Shown here piece by piece: positions 26,901 through 42,800 of a stretch of DNA of 64,000 nucleotides. Position 1 is the first letter of the stretch. Each line of letters begins with the position of its first letter. The notes under the pieces were generated by a model. It was not told the origin of the DNA, did not search any database, and was given only the letters and a program-made list of their open reading frames with translations. The DNA lies in the NCBI RefSeq assembly GCF_009914755.1, contig NC_060925.1; one strand, given 5' to 3'. The stretch is from the human T2T-CHM13v2.0 reference genome, Homo sapiens. The position numbers and the translations under genes are program-made.

Positions 26901-29900
26901 ATCATCGAATGGACTCGAATGGAATAATCATTGAACGGAATCGAATGGAATCATCATCGGATGGAAACGAATGGAATCATCATCGAATGGAAATGAAAGG
27001 AGTCATCATCTAATGGAATTGCATGGAATCATCATAAAATGGAATCGAATGGAATCAACATCAAATGGAATCAAATGGAATCATTGAACGGAATTGAATG
27101 GAATCGTCATCGAATGAATTGACTGCAATCATCGAATGGTCTCGAATGGAATCATCTTCAAATGGAATGGAATGGAATCATCGCATAGAATCGAATGGAA
27201 TTATCATCGAATGGAATCGAATGGAATCAACATCAAACGGAAAAAAACGGAATTATCGAATGGAATCGAAGAGAATCATCGAATGGACCCGAATGGAATC
27301 ATCTAATGGAATGGAATGGAATAATCCATGGACTCGAATGCAATCATCATCGAATGGAATCGAATGGAATCATCGAATGGACTCGAATGGAATAATCATT
27401 GAACGGAATCGAATGGAATCATCATCGGATGGAAATGAATGGAATCATCATCGAATGGAATCGAATAGAATTATGGAATGAAATCCAGTGTGATCATCAT
27501 CGAATGGACCCGAATGGAATCATCATCCAACGGAAGCTAATGGAATCAACATCGAATGAATCGAATGGAAACACCATCGAATTGAAACGAATGGAATTAT
27601 CATGAAATGGAAATGGATGGACTCATCATCGAATGGATTCGAATGGAATCATCGAATAAAATTGATTGAAATCATCATCCAATGGAATCGAATGGTATCA
27701 TTGAATGGAAACGAATGGAATCATCATCAGATGGAAATGAATGGAATCGTCATAGAATGGAATCGAATGGATTCATTGAATGGAATCAGATGGAATCATC
27801 GAATGGACTGGAATGGAATCATTGAATGGACTCGAAAGGGATCATTATTGAATGGAATTGAATGGAATCATCGAATGGTCTCGATTGGAATCATTATCAA
27901 ATGGAATCGAATGGAATCACCGAATAGAATCGAATGGAACAATCATCGAATGGACTCAAATGGAATTATCCTCCAATGGAATCGAATGGAATTATCGAAT
28001 GCAAGCGAATGGAATTATCGAATGCAATCGAATAGAATCATCGAATGGACTCGAATGGAATCATCGAATGGAATGGAATGGAACAGTCAATGAACTCGAA
28101 TGGAATCATCATTGAATGGAATCGAATGGAATCATCGAGTGGAATCGAATGGAATTATGATCAAATGGAATCGAATGTAATCATCATCAAATGGAATCAA
28201 AAATAACCATCATCAATTGGTATTGAATGGAATTGTCATCAAATGGAATTCAAAGGAATCATCATCAAATGGAACCGAATGGAATCCTCATTGAATGGAA
28301 ATGAAAGGGGTCATCATCTAATGGAATCGCATGGAATCATCATCAAATGGAATCGAATGGAATCATCATCAAATGGAATCTAATGGAATCATTGAACAGA
28401 ATTGAATGGAATCGTCATCGAATGAATTGAATGCAATCATCGAATGGTCTCGAATGGAATCATCTTCTAATGGAAAGGAATGGAATCATCGCATAGAATC
28501 GAATGGAATTATCATCGAATGGAATCGAATGGTATCAACACCAAACGGAAAAAAACGGAATTATCGAATGGAATCGAAGAGAATCTTCGAACGGACCCGA
28601 ATGGAATCATCTAATGGAATGGAATGGAATAATCCATGGACTCGAATGCAATCATCATCGAATGGAATCGAATGGAGTCATCGAATGGACTCGAATGGAA
28701 TAATCATTGAACGGAATCGAATGGAATCATCATCGGATGGAAACGAATGGAATCATCATCGAATGGAAATGAAAGGAGTCATCATCTAATGGAATTGCAT
28801 GGAATCATCATAAAATGGAATCGAATGGAATCAACATCAAATGGAATCAAATGGAATCATTGAACGGAATTGAATGGAATCGTCATCGAATGAATTGACT
28901 GCAATCATCGAATGGTCTCGAATGGAATCATCTTCAAATGGAATGGAATGGAATCATCGCATAGAATCGAATGGAATTATCATCGAATGGAATCGAATGG
29001 AATCAACATCAAATGGAAAAAAACGGAATTATCGAATGGAATCGAAGAGAATCATCGAATGGACCCGAATGGAATCATCTAATGGAATGGAATGGAATAA
29101 TCCATGGACTCGAATGCAATCATCATCGAATGGAATCGAATGGAATCATCGAATGGACTCGAATGGAATAATCATTGAACGGAATCGAATGGAATCATCA
29201 TCGGATGGAAATGAATGGAATCATCATCGAATGGAATCGAATATAATTATGGAATGAAATCCAGTGTGATCATCATCGAATGGACCCGAATGGAATCATC
29301 ATCCAACGGAAGCTAATGGAATCAACATCGAATGAATCGAATGGAAACACCATCGAATTGAAACGAATGGAATTATCATGAAATTGAAATGGATGGACTC
29401 ATCATCGAATGGATTCGAATGGAATCATCGAATAAAATTGATTGAAATCATCATCCAATGGAATCGAATGGTATCATTGAATGGAATCGAATGGAATCAT
29501 CATCAGATGGAAATGAATGGAATCGTCATAGAATGGAATCGAATGGATTCATTGAATGGAATCAGATGGAATCATCGAATGGACTGGAATGGAATCATTG
29601 AATGGACTCGAAAGGGATCATGATTGAATGGAATTGAATGGAATCATCGAATGGTCTCGATTGGAATCATTATCAAATGGAATCGAATGGAATCACCGAA
29701 TAGAATCGAATGGAACAATCATCGAATGGACTCAAATGGAATTATCCTCAAATGGAATCGAATGGAATTATCGAATGCAATCGAATGGAATTATCGAATG
29801 CAATCGAATAGAATCATCGAATGGACTCGAATGGAATCATCGAATGGAATGGAATGGAACAGTCAATGAACTCGAATGGAATCATCATTGATTGGAATCG

Positions 29901-30181
29901 AATGGAATCATCGAGTGGAATCGAATGGAATTATGATCAAATGGAATCGAATGTAATCATCATCAAATGGAATCAAAAATAACCATCATCAATTGGTATT
30001 GAATGGAATTGTCATCAAATGGAATTCAAAGAAATCATCATCAAATGGAACCGAATGGAATCCTCATTGAATGGAAATGAAAGGGGTCATCATCTAATGG
30101 AATCGCATGGAATCATCATCAAATGGAATCGAATGGAATCATCATCAAATGGAATCTAATGGAATCATTGAACAGAATTGA

Positions 30182-33100
30182 ATGGAATCGTCATCGAATG
30201 AATTGAATGCAATCATCGAATGGTCTCGAATGGAATCATCTTCTAATGGAAAGGAATGGAATCATCGCATAGAATCGAATGGAATTATCATCGAATGGAA
30301 TCGAATGGTATCAACACCAAACGGAAAAAAACGGAATTATCGAATGGAATCGAAGAGAATCTTCGAACGGACCCGAATGGAATCATCTAATGGAATGGAA
30401 TGGAATAATCCATGGACTCGAATGCAATCATCATCGAATGGAATCGAATGGAGTCATCGAATGGACTCGAATGGAATAATCATTGAACGGAATCGAATGG
30501 AATCATCATCGGATGGAAACGAATGGAATCATCATCGAATGGAAATGAAAGGAGTCATCATCTAATGGAATTGCATGGAATCATCATAAAATGCAATCGA
30601 ATGGAATCAACATCAAATGGAATCAAATGGAATCATTGAACGGAATTGAATGGAATCGTCATCGAATGAATTGAGTGCAATCATCGAATGGTCTCGAATG
30701 GAATCATCTTCAAATGGAATGGAATGGAATCATCGCATAGAATCGAATGGAATTATCATCGAATGGAATCGAATGGAATCAACATCAAACGGAAAAAAAC
30801 AGAATTATCGTGTGGAATCTAAGAGAATCATCGAATGGACCCGAATGGAATCATCTAATGGAATGGAATGGAATAATCCATGGACTCGAATGCAATCATC
30901 ATCGAATGGAATCGAATGGAATCAGCGAATGGACTCGAATGGAATAATCATTGAACGGAATCGAATGGAATCATCATCGGATGGAAATGAATGGAATCAT
31001 CATCGAATGGAATCGAATAGAATTATGGAATGAAATCCAGTGTGATCATCATCGAATGGACCCGAATGGAATCATCATCCAACGGAAGCTAATGGAATCA
31101 ACATCGAATGAATCGAATGGAACCACCATCGAATTGAAACGAATGGAATTATCATGAAATTGAAATGGATGGACACATCATCGAATGGATTCGAATGGAA
31201 TCATCGAATAAAATTGATTGAAATCATCATCAAATGGAATCGAATGGTATCATTGAATGGAATCGAATGGAATCATCATCAGATGGAAATGAATGGAATC
31301 GTCATAGAATGGAATCGAATGGATTCATTGAATGGAATCAGATGGAATCATCGAATGGACTGGAATGGAATCATTGAATGGACTCGAAAGGGATCATTAT
31401 TGAATGGAATTGAATGGAATCATCGAATGGTCTCGATTGGAATCATTACCAAATGGAATCGAATGGAATCACCGAATAGAATCGAATGGAACAATCATCG
31501 AATGGACTCAAATGGAATTATCCTCAAATGGAATCGAATGGAATTATCGAATGCAATCGAATGGAATTATCGAATGCAATCGAATAGAATCATCGAATGG
31601 ACTCGAATGGAATCATCGAATGGAATGGAATGGAACAGTCAATGAACTCGAATGGAATCATCATTGAATGGAATCGAATGGAATCATCGAGTGGAATCGA
31701 ATGGAATTATGATCAAATGGAATCGAATGTATTCATCATCAAATGGAATCAAAAATAACCATCATCAATTGGTATTGAATGGAATTGTCATCAAATGGAA
31801 TTCAAAGGAATCATCATCAAATGGAACCGAATGGAATCCTCATTGAATGGAAATGAAAGGGGTCATCATCTAATGGAATCGCATGGAATCATCATCAAAT
31901 GGAATCGAATGGAATCATCATCAAATGGAATCTAATGGAATCATTGAACAGAATTGAATGGAATCGTCATCGAATGAATTGAATGCAATCATCGAATGGT
32001 CTCGAATGGAATCATCTTCTAATGGAAAGGAATGGAATCATCGCATAGAATCGAATGGAATTATCATCGAATGGAATCGAATGGTATCAACACCAAACGG
32101 AAAAAAACGGAATTATCGAATGGAATTGAAGAGAATCTTCGAACGGACCCGAATGGAATCATCTAATGGAATGGAATGGAATAATCCATGGACTCGAATG
32201 CAATCATCATCGAATGGAATCGAATGGAATCATCGAATGGACTCGAATGGAATAATCATTGAACGGAATCGAATGGAATCATCATCGGATGGAAATGAAT
32301 GGAATCATCATCGAATGGAAATGAAAGGAGTCATCATCTAATGGAATTGCATGGAATCATCATAAAATGGAATCGAATGGAATCAACATCAAATGGAATC
32401 AAATGGAATCATTGAACGGAATTGAATGGAATCGTCATCGAATGAATTGACTGCAATCATCGAATGGTCTCGAATGGAATCATCTTCAAATGGAATGGAA
32501 TGGAATCATCGCATAGAATCGAATGGAATTATCATCGAATGGAATCGAATGGAATCAACATCAAACGGAAAAAAACGGAATTATCGAATGGAATCGAAGA
32601 GAATCATCGAATGGACCCGAATGGAATCATCTAATGGAATGGAATGGAATAATCCATGGACTCGAATGCAATCATCATCGAATGGAATCGAATGGAATCA
32701 TCGAATGGACTCGAATGGAATAATCATTGAACGGAATCGAATGGAATCATCATCGTATGGAAATGAATGGAATCATCATCGAATGGAATCGAATAGAATT
32801 ATGGAATGAAATCCAGTGTGATCATCATCGAATGGACCCGAATGGAATCATCATCCAACGGAAGCTAATGGAATCAACATCGAATGAATCGAATGGAAAC
32901 ACCATCGAATTGAAACGAATGGAATTATCATGAAATTGAAATGGATGGACTCATCATCGAATGGATTCGAATGGAATCATCGAATAAAATTGATTGAAAT
33001 CATCATCCAATGGAATCGAATGGTATCATTGAATGGAATCGAATGGAATCATCATCAGATGGAAATGAATGGAATCGTCATAGAATGGAATCGAATGGAT

Positions 33101-36100
33101 TCATTGAATAGAATCAGATGGAATCATCGAATGGACTGGAATGGAATCATTGAATGGACTCGAAAGGGATCATTATTGAATGGAATTGAATAGAATCATC
33201 GAATGGTCTCGATTGGAATCATTATCAAATGGAATCGAATGGAATCACCGAATAGAATCGAATGGAACAATCATCGAATGGACTCAAATGGAATTATCCT
33301 CAAATGGAATCGAATGGAATTATCGAATGCAATCGAATGGAATTATCGAATGCAATCGAATAGAATCATCGAATGGACTCGAATGGAATCATCGAATGGA
33401 ATGGAATGGAACAGTCAATGAACTCGAATGGAATCATCATTGAATGGAATCGAATGGAATCATCGAGTGGAATCGAATGGAATTATGATCAAATGGAATC
33501 GAATGTAATCATCATCAAATGGAATCAAAAATAACCATCATCAATTGGTATTGAATGGAATTGTCATCAAATGGAATTCAAAGGAATCATCATCAAATGG
33601 AACCGAATGGAATCCTCATTGAATGGAAATGAAAGGGGTCATCATCTAATGGAATCGCATGGAATCATCATCAAATGGAATCGAATGGAATCATCATCAA
33701 ATGGAATCTAATGGAATCATTGAACAGAATTGAATGGAATCGTCATCGAATGAATTGAATGCAATCATCGAATGGTCTCGAATGGAATCATCTTCTAATG
33801 GAAAGGAATGGAATCATCGCATAGAATCGAATGGAATTATCATCGAATGGAATCAAATGGTATCAACACCAAACGGAAAAAAACGGAATTATCGAATGGA
33901 ATCGAAGAGAATCTTCGAACGGACCCGAATGGAATCATCTAATGGAATGGAATGGAATAATCCATGGACTCGAATGCAATCATCATCGAATGGAATGGAA
34001 TGGAATCATCGAATGGACTCGAATGGAATAATCATTGAACGGAATCGAATGGAATCATCATCGGATGGAAACGAATGGAATCATCATCGAATGGAAATGA
34101 AAGGAGTCATCATCTAATGGAATTGCATGGAATCATCATAAAATGGAATCGAATGGAATCAACATCAAATGGAATCAAATGGAATCATTGAACGGAATTG
34201 AATGGAATCGTCATCGAATGAATTGACTGCAATCATCGAATGGTCTCGAATGGAATCATCTTCAAATGGAATGGAATGGAATCATCGCATAGAATCGAAT
34301 GGAATTATCATCGAATGGAATCGAATGGAATCAACATCAAATGGAAAAAAACGGAATTATCGAATGGAATCGAAGAGAATCATCGAATGGACCCGAATGG
34401 AATCATCTAATGGAATGGAATGGAATAATCCATGGACTCGAATGCAATCATCATCGAATGGAATCGAATGGAATCATCGAATGGACTCGAATGGAATAAT
34501 CATTGAACCGAATCGAATGGAATCATCATCGGATGGAAATGAATGGAATCATCATCGAATGGAATCGAATAGAATTATGGAATGAAATCCAGTGTGATCA
34601 TCATCGAATGGACCCGAATGGAATCATCATCCAACGGAAGCTAATGGAATCAACATCGAATGAATCGAATGGAAACACCATCGAATTGAAACGAATGGAA
34701 TTATCATGAAATGGAAATGGATGGACTCATCATCGAATGGATTCGAATGGAATCATCGAATAAAATTGATTGAAATCATCATCCAATGGAATCGAATGGT
34801 ATCATTGAATGGAAACGAATGGAATCATCATCAGATGGAAATGAATGGAATCGTCATAGAATGGAATCGAATGGATTCATTGAATGGAATCAGATGGAAT
34901 CATCGAATGGACTGGAATGGAATCATTGAATGGACTCGAAAGGGATCATTATTGAATGGAATTGAATGGAATCATCGAATGGTCTCGATTGGAATCATTA
35001 TCAAATGGAATCGAATGGAATCACCGAATAGAATCGAATGGAACAATCATCGAATGGACTCAAATGGAATTATCCTCCAATGGAATCGAATGGAATTATC
35101 GAATGCAATCGAATGGAATTATCGAATGCAATCGAATAGAATCATCGAATGGACTCGAATGGAATCATCGAATGGAATGGAATGGAACAGTCAATGAACT
35201 CGAATGGAATCATCATTGAATGGAATCGAATGGAATCATCGAGTGGAATCGAATGGAATTATGATCAAATGGAATCGAATGTAATCATCATCAAATGGAA
35301 TCAAAAATAACCATCATCAATTGGTATTGAATGGAATTGTCATCAAATGGAATTCAAAGGAATCATCATCAAATGGAACCGAATGGAATCCTCATTGAAT
35401 GGAAATGAAAGGGGTCATCATCTAATGGAATCGCATGGAATCATCATCAAATGGAATCGAATGGAATCATCATCAAATGGAATCTAATGGAATCATTGAA
35501 CAGAATTGAATGGAATCGTCATCGAATGAATTGAATGCAATCATCGAATGGTCTCGAATGGAATCATCTTCTAATGGAAAGGAATGGAATCATCGCATAG
35601 AATCGAATGGAATTATCATCGAATGGAATCGAATGGTATCAACACCAAACGGAAAAAAACGGAATTATCGAATGGAATCGAAGAGAATCTTCGAACGGAC
35701 CCGAATGGAATCATCTAATGGAATGGAATGGAATAATCCATGGACTCGAATGCAATCATCATCGAATGGAATCGAATGGAGTCATCGAATGGACTCGAAT
35801 GGAATAATCATTGAACGGAATCGAATGGAATCATCATCGGATGGAAACGAATGGAATCATCATCGAATGGAAATGAAAGGAGTCATCATCTAATGGAATT
35901 GCATGGAATCATCATAAAATGGAATCGAATGGAATCAACATCAAATGGAATCAAATGGAATCATTGAACGGAATTGAATGGAATCGTCATCGAATGAATT
36001 GAGTGCAATCATCGAATGGTCTCGAATGGAATCATCTTCAAATGGAATGGAATGGAATCATCGCATAGAATCGAATGGAATTATCATCGAATGGAATCGA

Positions 36101-39100
36101 ATGGAATCAACATCAAACGGAAAAAAACAGAATTATCGTGTGGAATCTAAGAGAATCATCGAATGGACCCGAATGGAATCATCTAATGGAATGGAATGGA
36201 ATAATCCATGGACTCGAATGCAATCATCATCGAATGGAATCGAATGGAATCATCGAATGGACTCGAATGGAATAATCATTGAACGGAATCGAATGGAATC
36301 ATCATCGGATGGAAATGAATGGAATCATCATCGAATGGAATCGAATAGAATTATGGAATGAAATCCAGTGTGATCATCATCGAATGGACCCGAATGGAAT
36401 CATCATCCAACGGAAGCTAATGGAATCAACATCGAATGAATCGAATGGAACCACCATCGAATTGAAACGAATGGAATTATCATGAAATTGAAATGGATGG
36501 ACACATCATCGAATGGATTCGAATGGAATCATCGAATAAAATTGATTGAAATCATCATCAAATGGAATCGAATGGTATCATTGAATGGAATCGAATGGAA
36601 TCATCATCAGATGGAAATGAATGGAATCGTCATAGAATGGAATCGAATGGATTCATTGAATGGAATCAGATGGAATCATCGAATGGACTGGAATGGAATC
36701 ATTGAATGGACTCGAAAGGGATCATTATTGAATGGAATTGAATGGAATCATCGAATGGTCTCGATTGGAATCATTACCAAATGGAATCGAATGGAATCAC
36801 CGAATAGAATCGAATGGAACAATCATCGAATGGACTCAAATGGAATTATCCTCAAATGGAATCGAATGGAATTATCGAATGCAATCGAATGGAATTATCG
36901 AATGCAATCGAATAGAATCATCGAATGGACTCGAATGGAATCATCGAATGGAATGGAATGGAACAGTCAATGAACTCGAATGGAATCATCATTGAATGGA
37001 ATCGAATGGAATCATCGAGTGGAATCGAATGGAATTATGATCAAATGGAATCGAATGTATTCATCATCAAATGGAATCAAAAATAACCATCATCAATTGG
37101 TATTGAATGGAATTGTCATCAAATGGAATTCAAAGGAATCATCATCAAATGGAACCGAATGGAATCCTCATTGAATGGAAATGAAAGGGGTCATCATCTA
37201 ATGGAATCGCATGGAATCATCATCAAATGGAATCGAATGGAATCATCATCAAATGGAATCTAATGGAATCATTGAACAGAATTGAATGGAATCGTCATCG
37301 AATGAATTGAATGCAATCATCGAATGGTCTCGAATGGAATCATCTTCTAATGGAAAGGAATGGAATCATCGCATAGAATCGAATGGAATTATCATCGAAT
37401 GGAATCGAATGGTATCAACACCAAACGGAAAAAAACGGAATTATCGAATGGAATCGAAGAGAATCTTCGAACGGACCCGAATGGAATCATCTAATGGAAT
37501 GGAATGGAATAATCCATGGACTCGAATGCAATCATCATCGAATGGAATCGAATGGAATCATCGAATGGACTCGAATGGAATAATCATTGAACGGAATCGA
37601 ATGGAATCATCATCGGATGGAAATGAATGGAATCATCATCGAATGGAAATGAAAGGAGTCATCATCTAATGGAATTGCATGGAATCATCATAAAATGGAA
37701 TCGAATGGAATCAACATCAAATGGAATCAAATGGAATCATTGAACGGAATTGAATGGAATCGTCATCGAATGAATTGACTGCAATCATCGAATGGTCTCG
37801 AATGGAATCATCTTCAAATGGAATGGAATGGAATCATCGCATAGAATCGAATGGAATTATCATCGAATGGAATCGAATGGAATCAACATCAAACGGAAAA
37901 AAACGGAATTATCGAATGGAATCGAAGAGAATCATCGAATGGACCCGAATGGAATCATCTAATGGAATGGAATGGAATAATCCATGGACTCGAATGCAAT
38001 CATCATCGAATGGAATCGAATGGAATCATCGAATGGACTCGAATGGAATAATCATTGAACGGAATCGAATGGAATCATCATCGGATGGAAATGAATGGAA
38101 TCATCATCGAATGGAATCGAATAGAATTATGGAATGAAATCCAGTGTGATCATCATCGAATGGACCCGAATGGAATCATCATCCAACGGAAGCTAATGGA
38201 ATCAACATCGAATGAATCGAATGGAAACACCATCGAATTGAAACGAATGGAATTATCATGAAATTGAAATGGATGGACTCATCATCGAATGGATTCGAAT
38301 GGAATCATCGAATAAAATTGATTGAAATCATCATCGAATGGAATCGAATGGTATCATTGAATGGAATCGAATGGAATCATCATCAGATGGAAATGAATGG
38401 AATCGTCATAGAATGGAATCGAATGGATTCATTGAATAGAATCAGATGGAATCATCGAATGGACTGGAATGGAATCATTGAATGGACTCGAAAGGGATCA
38501 TTATTGAATGGAATTGAATAGAATCATCGAATGGTCTCGATTGGAATCATTATCAAATGGAATCGAATGGAATCACCGAATAGAATCGAATGGAACAATC
38601 ATCGAATGGACTCAAATGGAATTATCCTCAAATGGAATCGAATGGAATTATCGAATGCAATCGAATGGAATTATCGAATGCAATCGAATAGAATCATCGA
38701 ATGGACTCGAATGGAATCATCGAATGGAATGGAATGGAACAGTCAATGAACTCGAATGGAATCATCATTGAATGGAATCGAATGGAATCATCGAGTGGAA
38801 TCGAATGGAATTATGATCAAATGGAATCGAATGTAATCATCATCAAATGGAATCAAAAATAACCATCATCAATTGGTATTGAATGGAATTGTCATCAAAT
38901 GGAATTCAAAGGAATCATCATCAAATGGAACCGAATGGAATCCTCATTGAATGGAAATGAAAGGGGTCATCATCTAATGGAATCGCATGGAATCATCATC
39001 AAATGGAATCGAATGGAATCATCATCAAATGGAATCTAATGGAATCATTGAACAGAATTGAATGGAATCGTCATCGAATGAATTGAATGCAATCATCGAA

Positions 39101-39830
39101 TGGTCTCGAATGGAATCATCTTCTAATGGAAAGGAATGGAATCATCGCATAGAATCGAATGGAATTATCATCGAATGGAATCAAATGGTATCAACACCAA
39201 ACGGAAAAAAACGGAATTATCGAATGGAATCGAAGAGAATCTTCGAACGGACCCGAATGGAATCATCTAATGGAATGGAATGGAATAATCCATGGACTCG
39301 AATGCAATCATCATCGAATGGAATGGAATGGAATCATCGAATGGACTCGAATGGAATAATCATTGAACGGAATCGAATGGAATCATCATCGGATGGAAAC
39401 GAATGGAATCATCATCGAATGGAAATGAAAGGAGTCATCATCTAATGGAATTGCATGGAATCATCATAAAATGGAATCGAATGGAATCAACATCAAATGG
39501 AATCAAATGGAATCATTGAACGGAATTGAATGGAATCGTCATCGAATGAATTGACTGCAATCATCGAATGGTCTCGAATGGAATCATCTTCAAATGGAAT
39601 GGAATGGAATCATCGCATAGAATCGAATGGAATTATCATCGAATGGAATCGAATGGAATCAACATCAAATGGAAAAAAACGGAATTATCGAATGGAATCG
39701 AAGAGAATCATCGAATGGACCCGAATGGAATCATCTAATGGAATGGAATGGAATAATCCATGGACTCGAATGCAATCATCATCGAATGGAATCGAATGGA
39801 ATCATCGAATGGACTCGAATGGAATAATCA
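30182..39830 (+). repeat. Block duplication at 5328-bp (3-monomer) offset
   Basis: Shared variants at +5328: TTGAGTGC (units 30650/35978), GTATTCATC (31652/36980 ORFs), TGAATAGAATCAG (32930/38258), AATCAAATGGTATC (33734/39062). Confidence 0.8.
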
Positions 39831-42800
39831 TTGAACGGAATCGAATGGAATCATCATCGGATGGAAATGAATGGAATCATCATCGAATGGAATCGAATAG
39901 AATTATGGAATGAAATCCAGTGTGATCATCATCGAATGGACCCGAATGGAATCATCATCCAACGGAAGCTAATGGAATCAACATCGAATGAATCGAATGG
40001 AAACACCATCGAATTGAAACGAATGGAATTATCATGAAATTGAAATGGATGGACTCATCATCGAATGGATTCGAATGGAATCATCGAATAAAATTGATTG
40101 AAATCATCATCGAATGGAATCGAATGGTATCATTGAATGGAATCGAATGGAATCATCATCAGATGGAAATGAATGGAATCGTCATAGAATGGAATCGAAT
40201 GGATTCATTGAATGGAATCAGATGGAATCATCGAATGGACTGGAATGGAATCATTGAATGGACTCGAAAGGGATCATGATTGAATGGAATTGAATGGAAT
40301 CATCGAATGGTCTCGATTGGAATCATTATCAAATGGAATCGAATGGAATCACCGAATAGAATCGAATGGAACAATCATCGAATGGACTCAAATGGAATTA
40401 TCCTCAAATGGAATCGAATGGAATTATCGAATGCAATCGAATGGAATTATCGAATGCAATCGAATAGAATCATCGAAAGGACTCGAATGGAATCATCGAA
40501 TGGAATGGAATGGAACAGTCAATGAACTCGAATGGAATCATCATTGAATGGAATCGAATGGAATCATCGAGTGGAATCGAATGGAATTATGATCAAATGG
40601 AATCGAATGTAATCATCATCAAATGGAATCAAAAATAACCATCATCAATTGGTATTGAATGGAATTGTCATCAAATGGAATTCAAAGGAATCATCATCAA
40701 ATGGAACCGAATGGAATCCTCATTGAATGGAAATGAAAGGGGTCATCATCTAATGGAATCGCATGGAATCATCATCAAATGGAATCGAATGGAATCATCA
40801 TCAAATGGAATCTAATGGAATCATTGAACAGAATTGAATGGAATCGTCATCGAATGAATTGAATGCAATCATCGAATGGTCTCGAATGGAATCATCTTCT
40901 AATGGAAAGGAATGGAATCATCGCATAGAATCGAATGGAATTATCATCGAATGGAATCAAATGGTATCAACACCAAACGGAAAAAAACGGAATTATCGAA
41001 TGGAATCGAAGAGAATCTTCGAACGGACCCGAATGGAATCATCTAATGGAATGGAATGGAATAATCCATGGACTCGAATGCAATCATCATCGAATGGAAT
41101 GGAATGGAATCATCGAATGGACTCGAATGGAATAATCATTGAACGGAATCGAATGGAATCATCATCGGATGGAAACGAATGGAATCATCATCGAATGGAA
41201 ATGAAAGGAGTCATCATCTAATGGAATTGCATGGAATCATCATAAAATGGAATCGAATGGAATCAACATCAAATGGAATCAAATGGAATCATTGAACGGA
41301 ATTGAATGGAATCGTCATCGAATGAATTGACTGCAATCATCGAATGGTCTCGAATGGAATCATCTTCAAATGGAATGGAATGGAATCATCGCATAGAATC
41401 GAATGGAATTATCATCGAATGGAATCGAATGGAATCAACATCAAACGGAAAAAAACGGAATTATCGAATGGAATCGAAGAGAATCATCGAATGGACCCGA
41501 ATGGAATCATCTAATGGAATGGAATGGAATAATCCATGGACTCGAATGCAATCATCATCGAATGGAATCGAATGGAATCATCGAATGGACTCGAATGGAA
41601 TAATCATTGAACGGAATCGAATGGAATCATCATCGGATGGAAATGAATGGAATCATCATCGAATGGAATCGAATAGAATTATGGAATGAAATCCAGTGTG
41701 ATCATCATCGAATGGACCCGAATGGAATCATCATCCAACGGAAGCTAATGGAATCAACATCGAATGAATCGAATGGAAACACCATCGAATTGAAACGAAT
41801 GGAATTATCATGAAATTGAAATGGATGGACTCATCATCGAATGGATTCGAATGGAATCATCGAATAAAATTGAAATCATCATCGAATGGAATCGAATGGT
41901 ATCATTGAATGGAATCGAATGGAATCATCATCAGATGGAAATGAATGGAATCGTCATAGAATGGAATCGAATGGATTCATTGAATGGAATCAGATGGAAT
42001 CATCGAATGGACTGGAATGGAATCATTGAATGGACTCGAAAGGGATCATGATTGAATGGAATTGAATGGAATCATCGAATGGTCTCGATTGGAATCATTA
42101 TCAAATGGAATCGAATGGAATCACCGAATAGAATCGAATGGAACAATCATCGAATGGACTCAAATGGAATTATCCTCAAATGGAATCGAATGGAATTATC
42201 GAATGCAATCGAATGGAATTATCGAATGCAATCGAATAGAATCATCGAAAGGACTCGAATGGAATCATCGAATGGAATGGAATGGAACAGTCAATGAACT
42301 CGAATGGAATCATCATTGAATGGAATCGAATGGAATCATCGAGTGGAATCGAATGGAATTATGATCAAATGGAATCTAATGTAATCATCATCAAATGGAA
42401 TCAAAAATAACCATCATCAATTGGTATTGAATGGAATTGTCATCAAATGGAATTCAAAGGAATCATCATCAAATGGAACCGAATGGAATCCTCATTGAAT
42501 GGAAATGAAAGGGGTCATCATCTAATGGAATCGCATGGAATCATCATCAAATGGAATCGAATGGAATCATCATCAAATGGAATCTAATGGAATCATTGAA
42601 CAGAATTGAATGGAATCATCATCGAATGAATTGAATGCAATCATCGAATGGTCTCGAATGGAATCATCTTCTAATGGAAAGGAATGGAATCATCGCATAG
42701 AATCGAATGGAATTATCATCGAATGGAATCGAATGGTATCAACACCAAACGGAAAAAAACGGAATTATCGAATGGAATCGAAGAGAATCTTCGAACGGAC

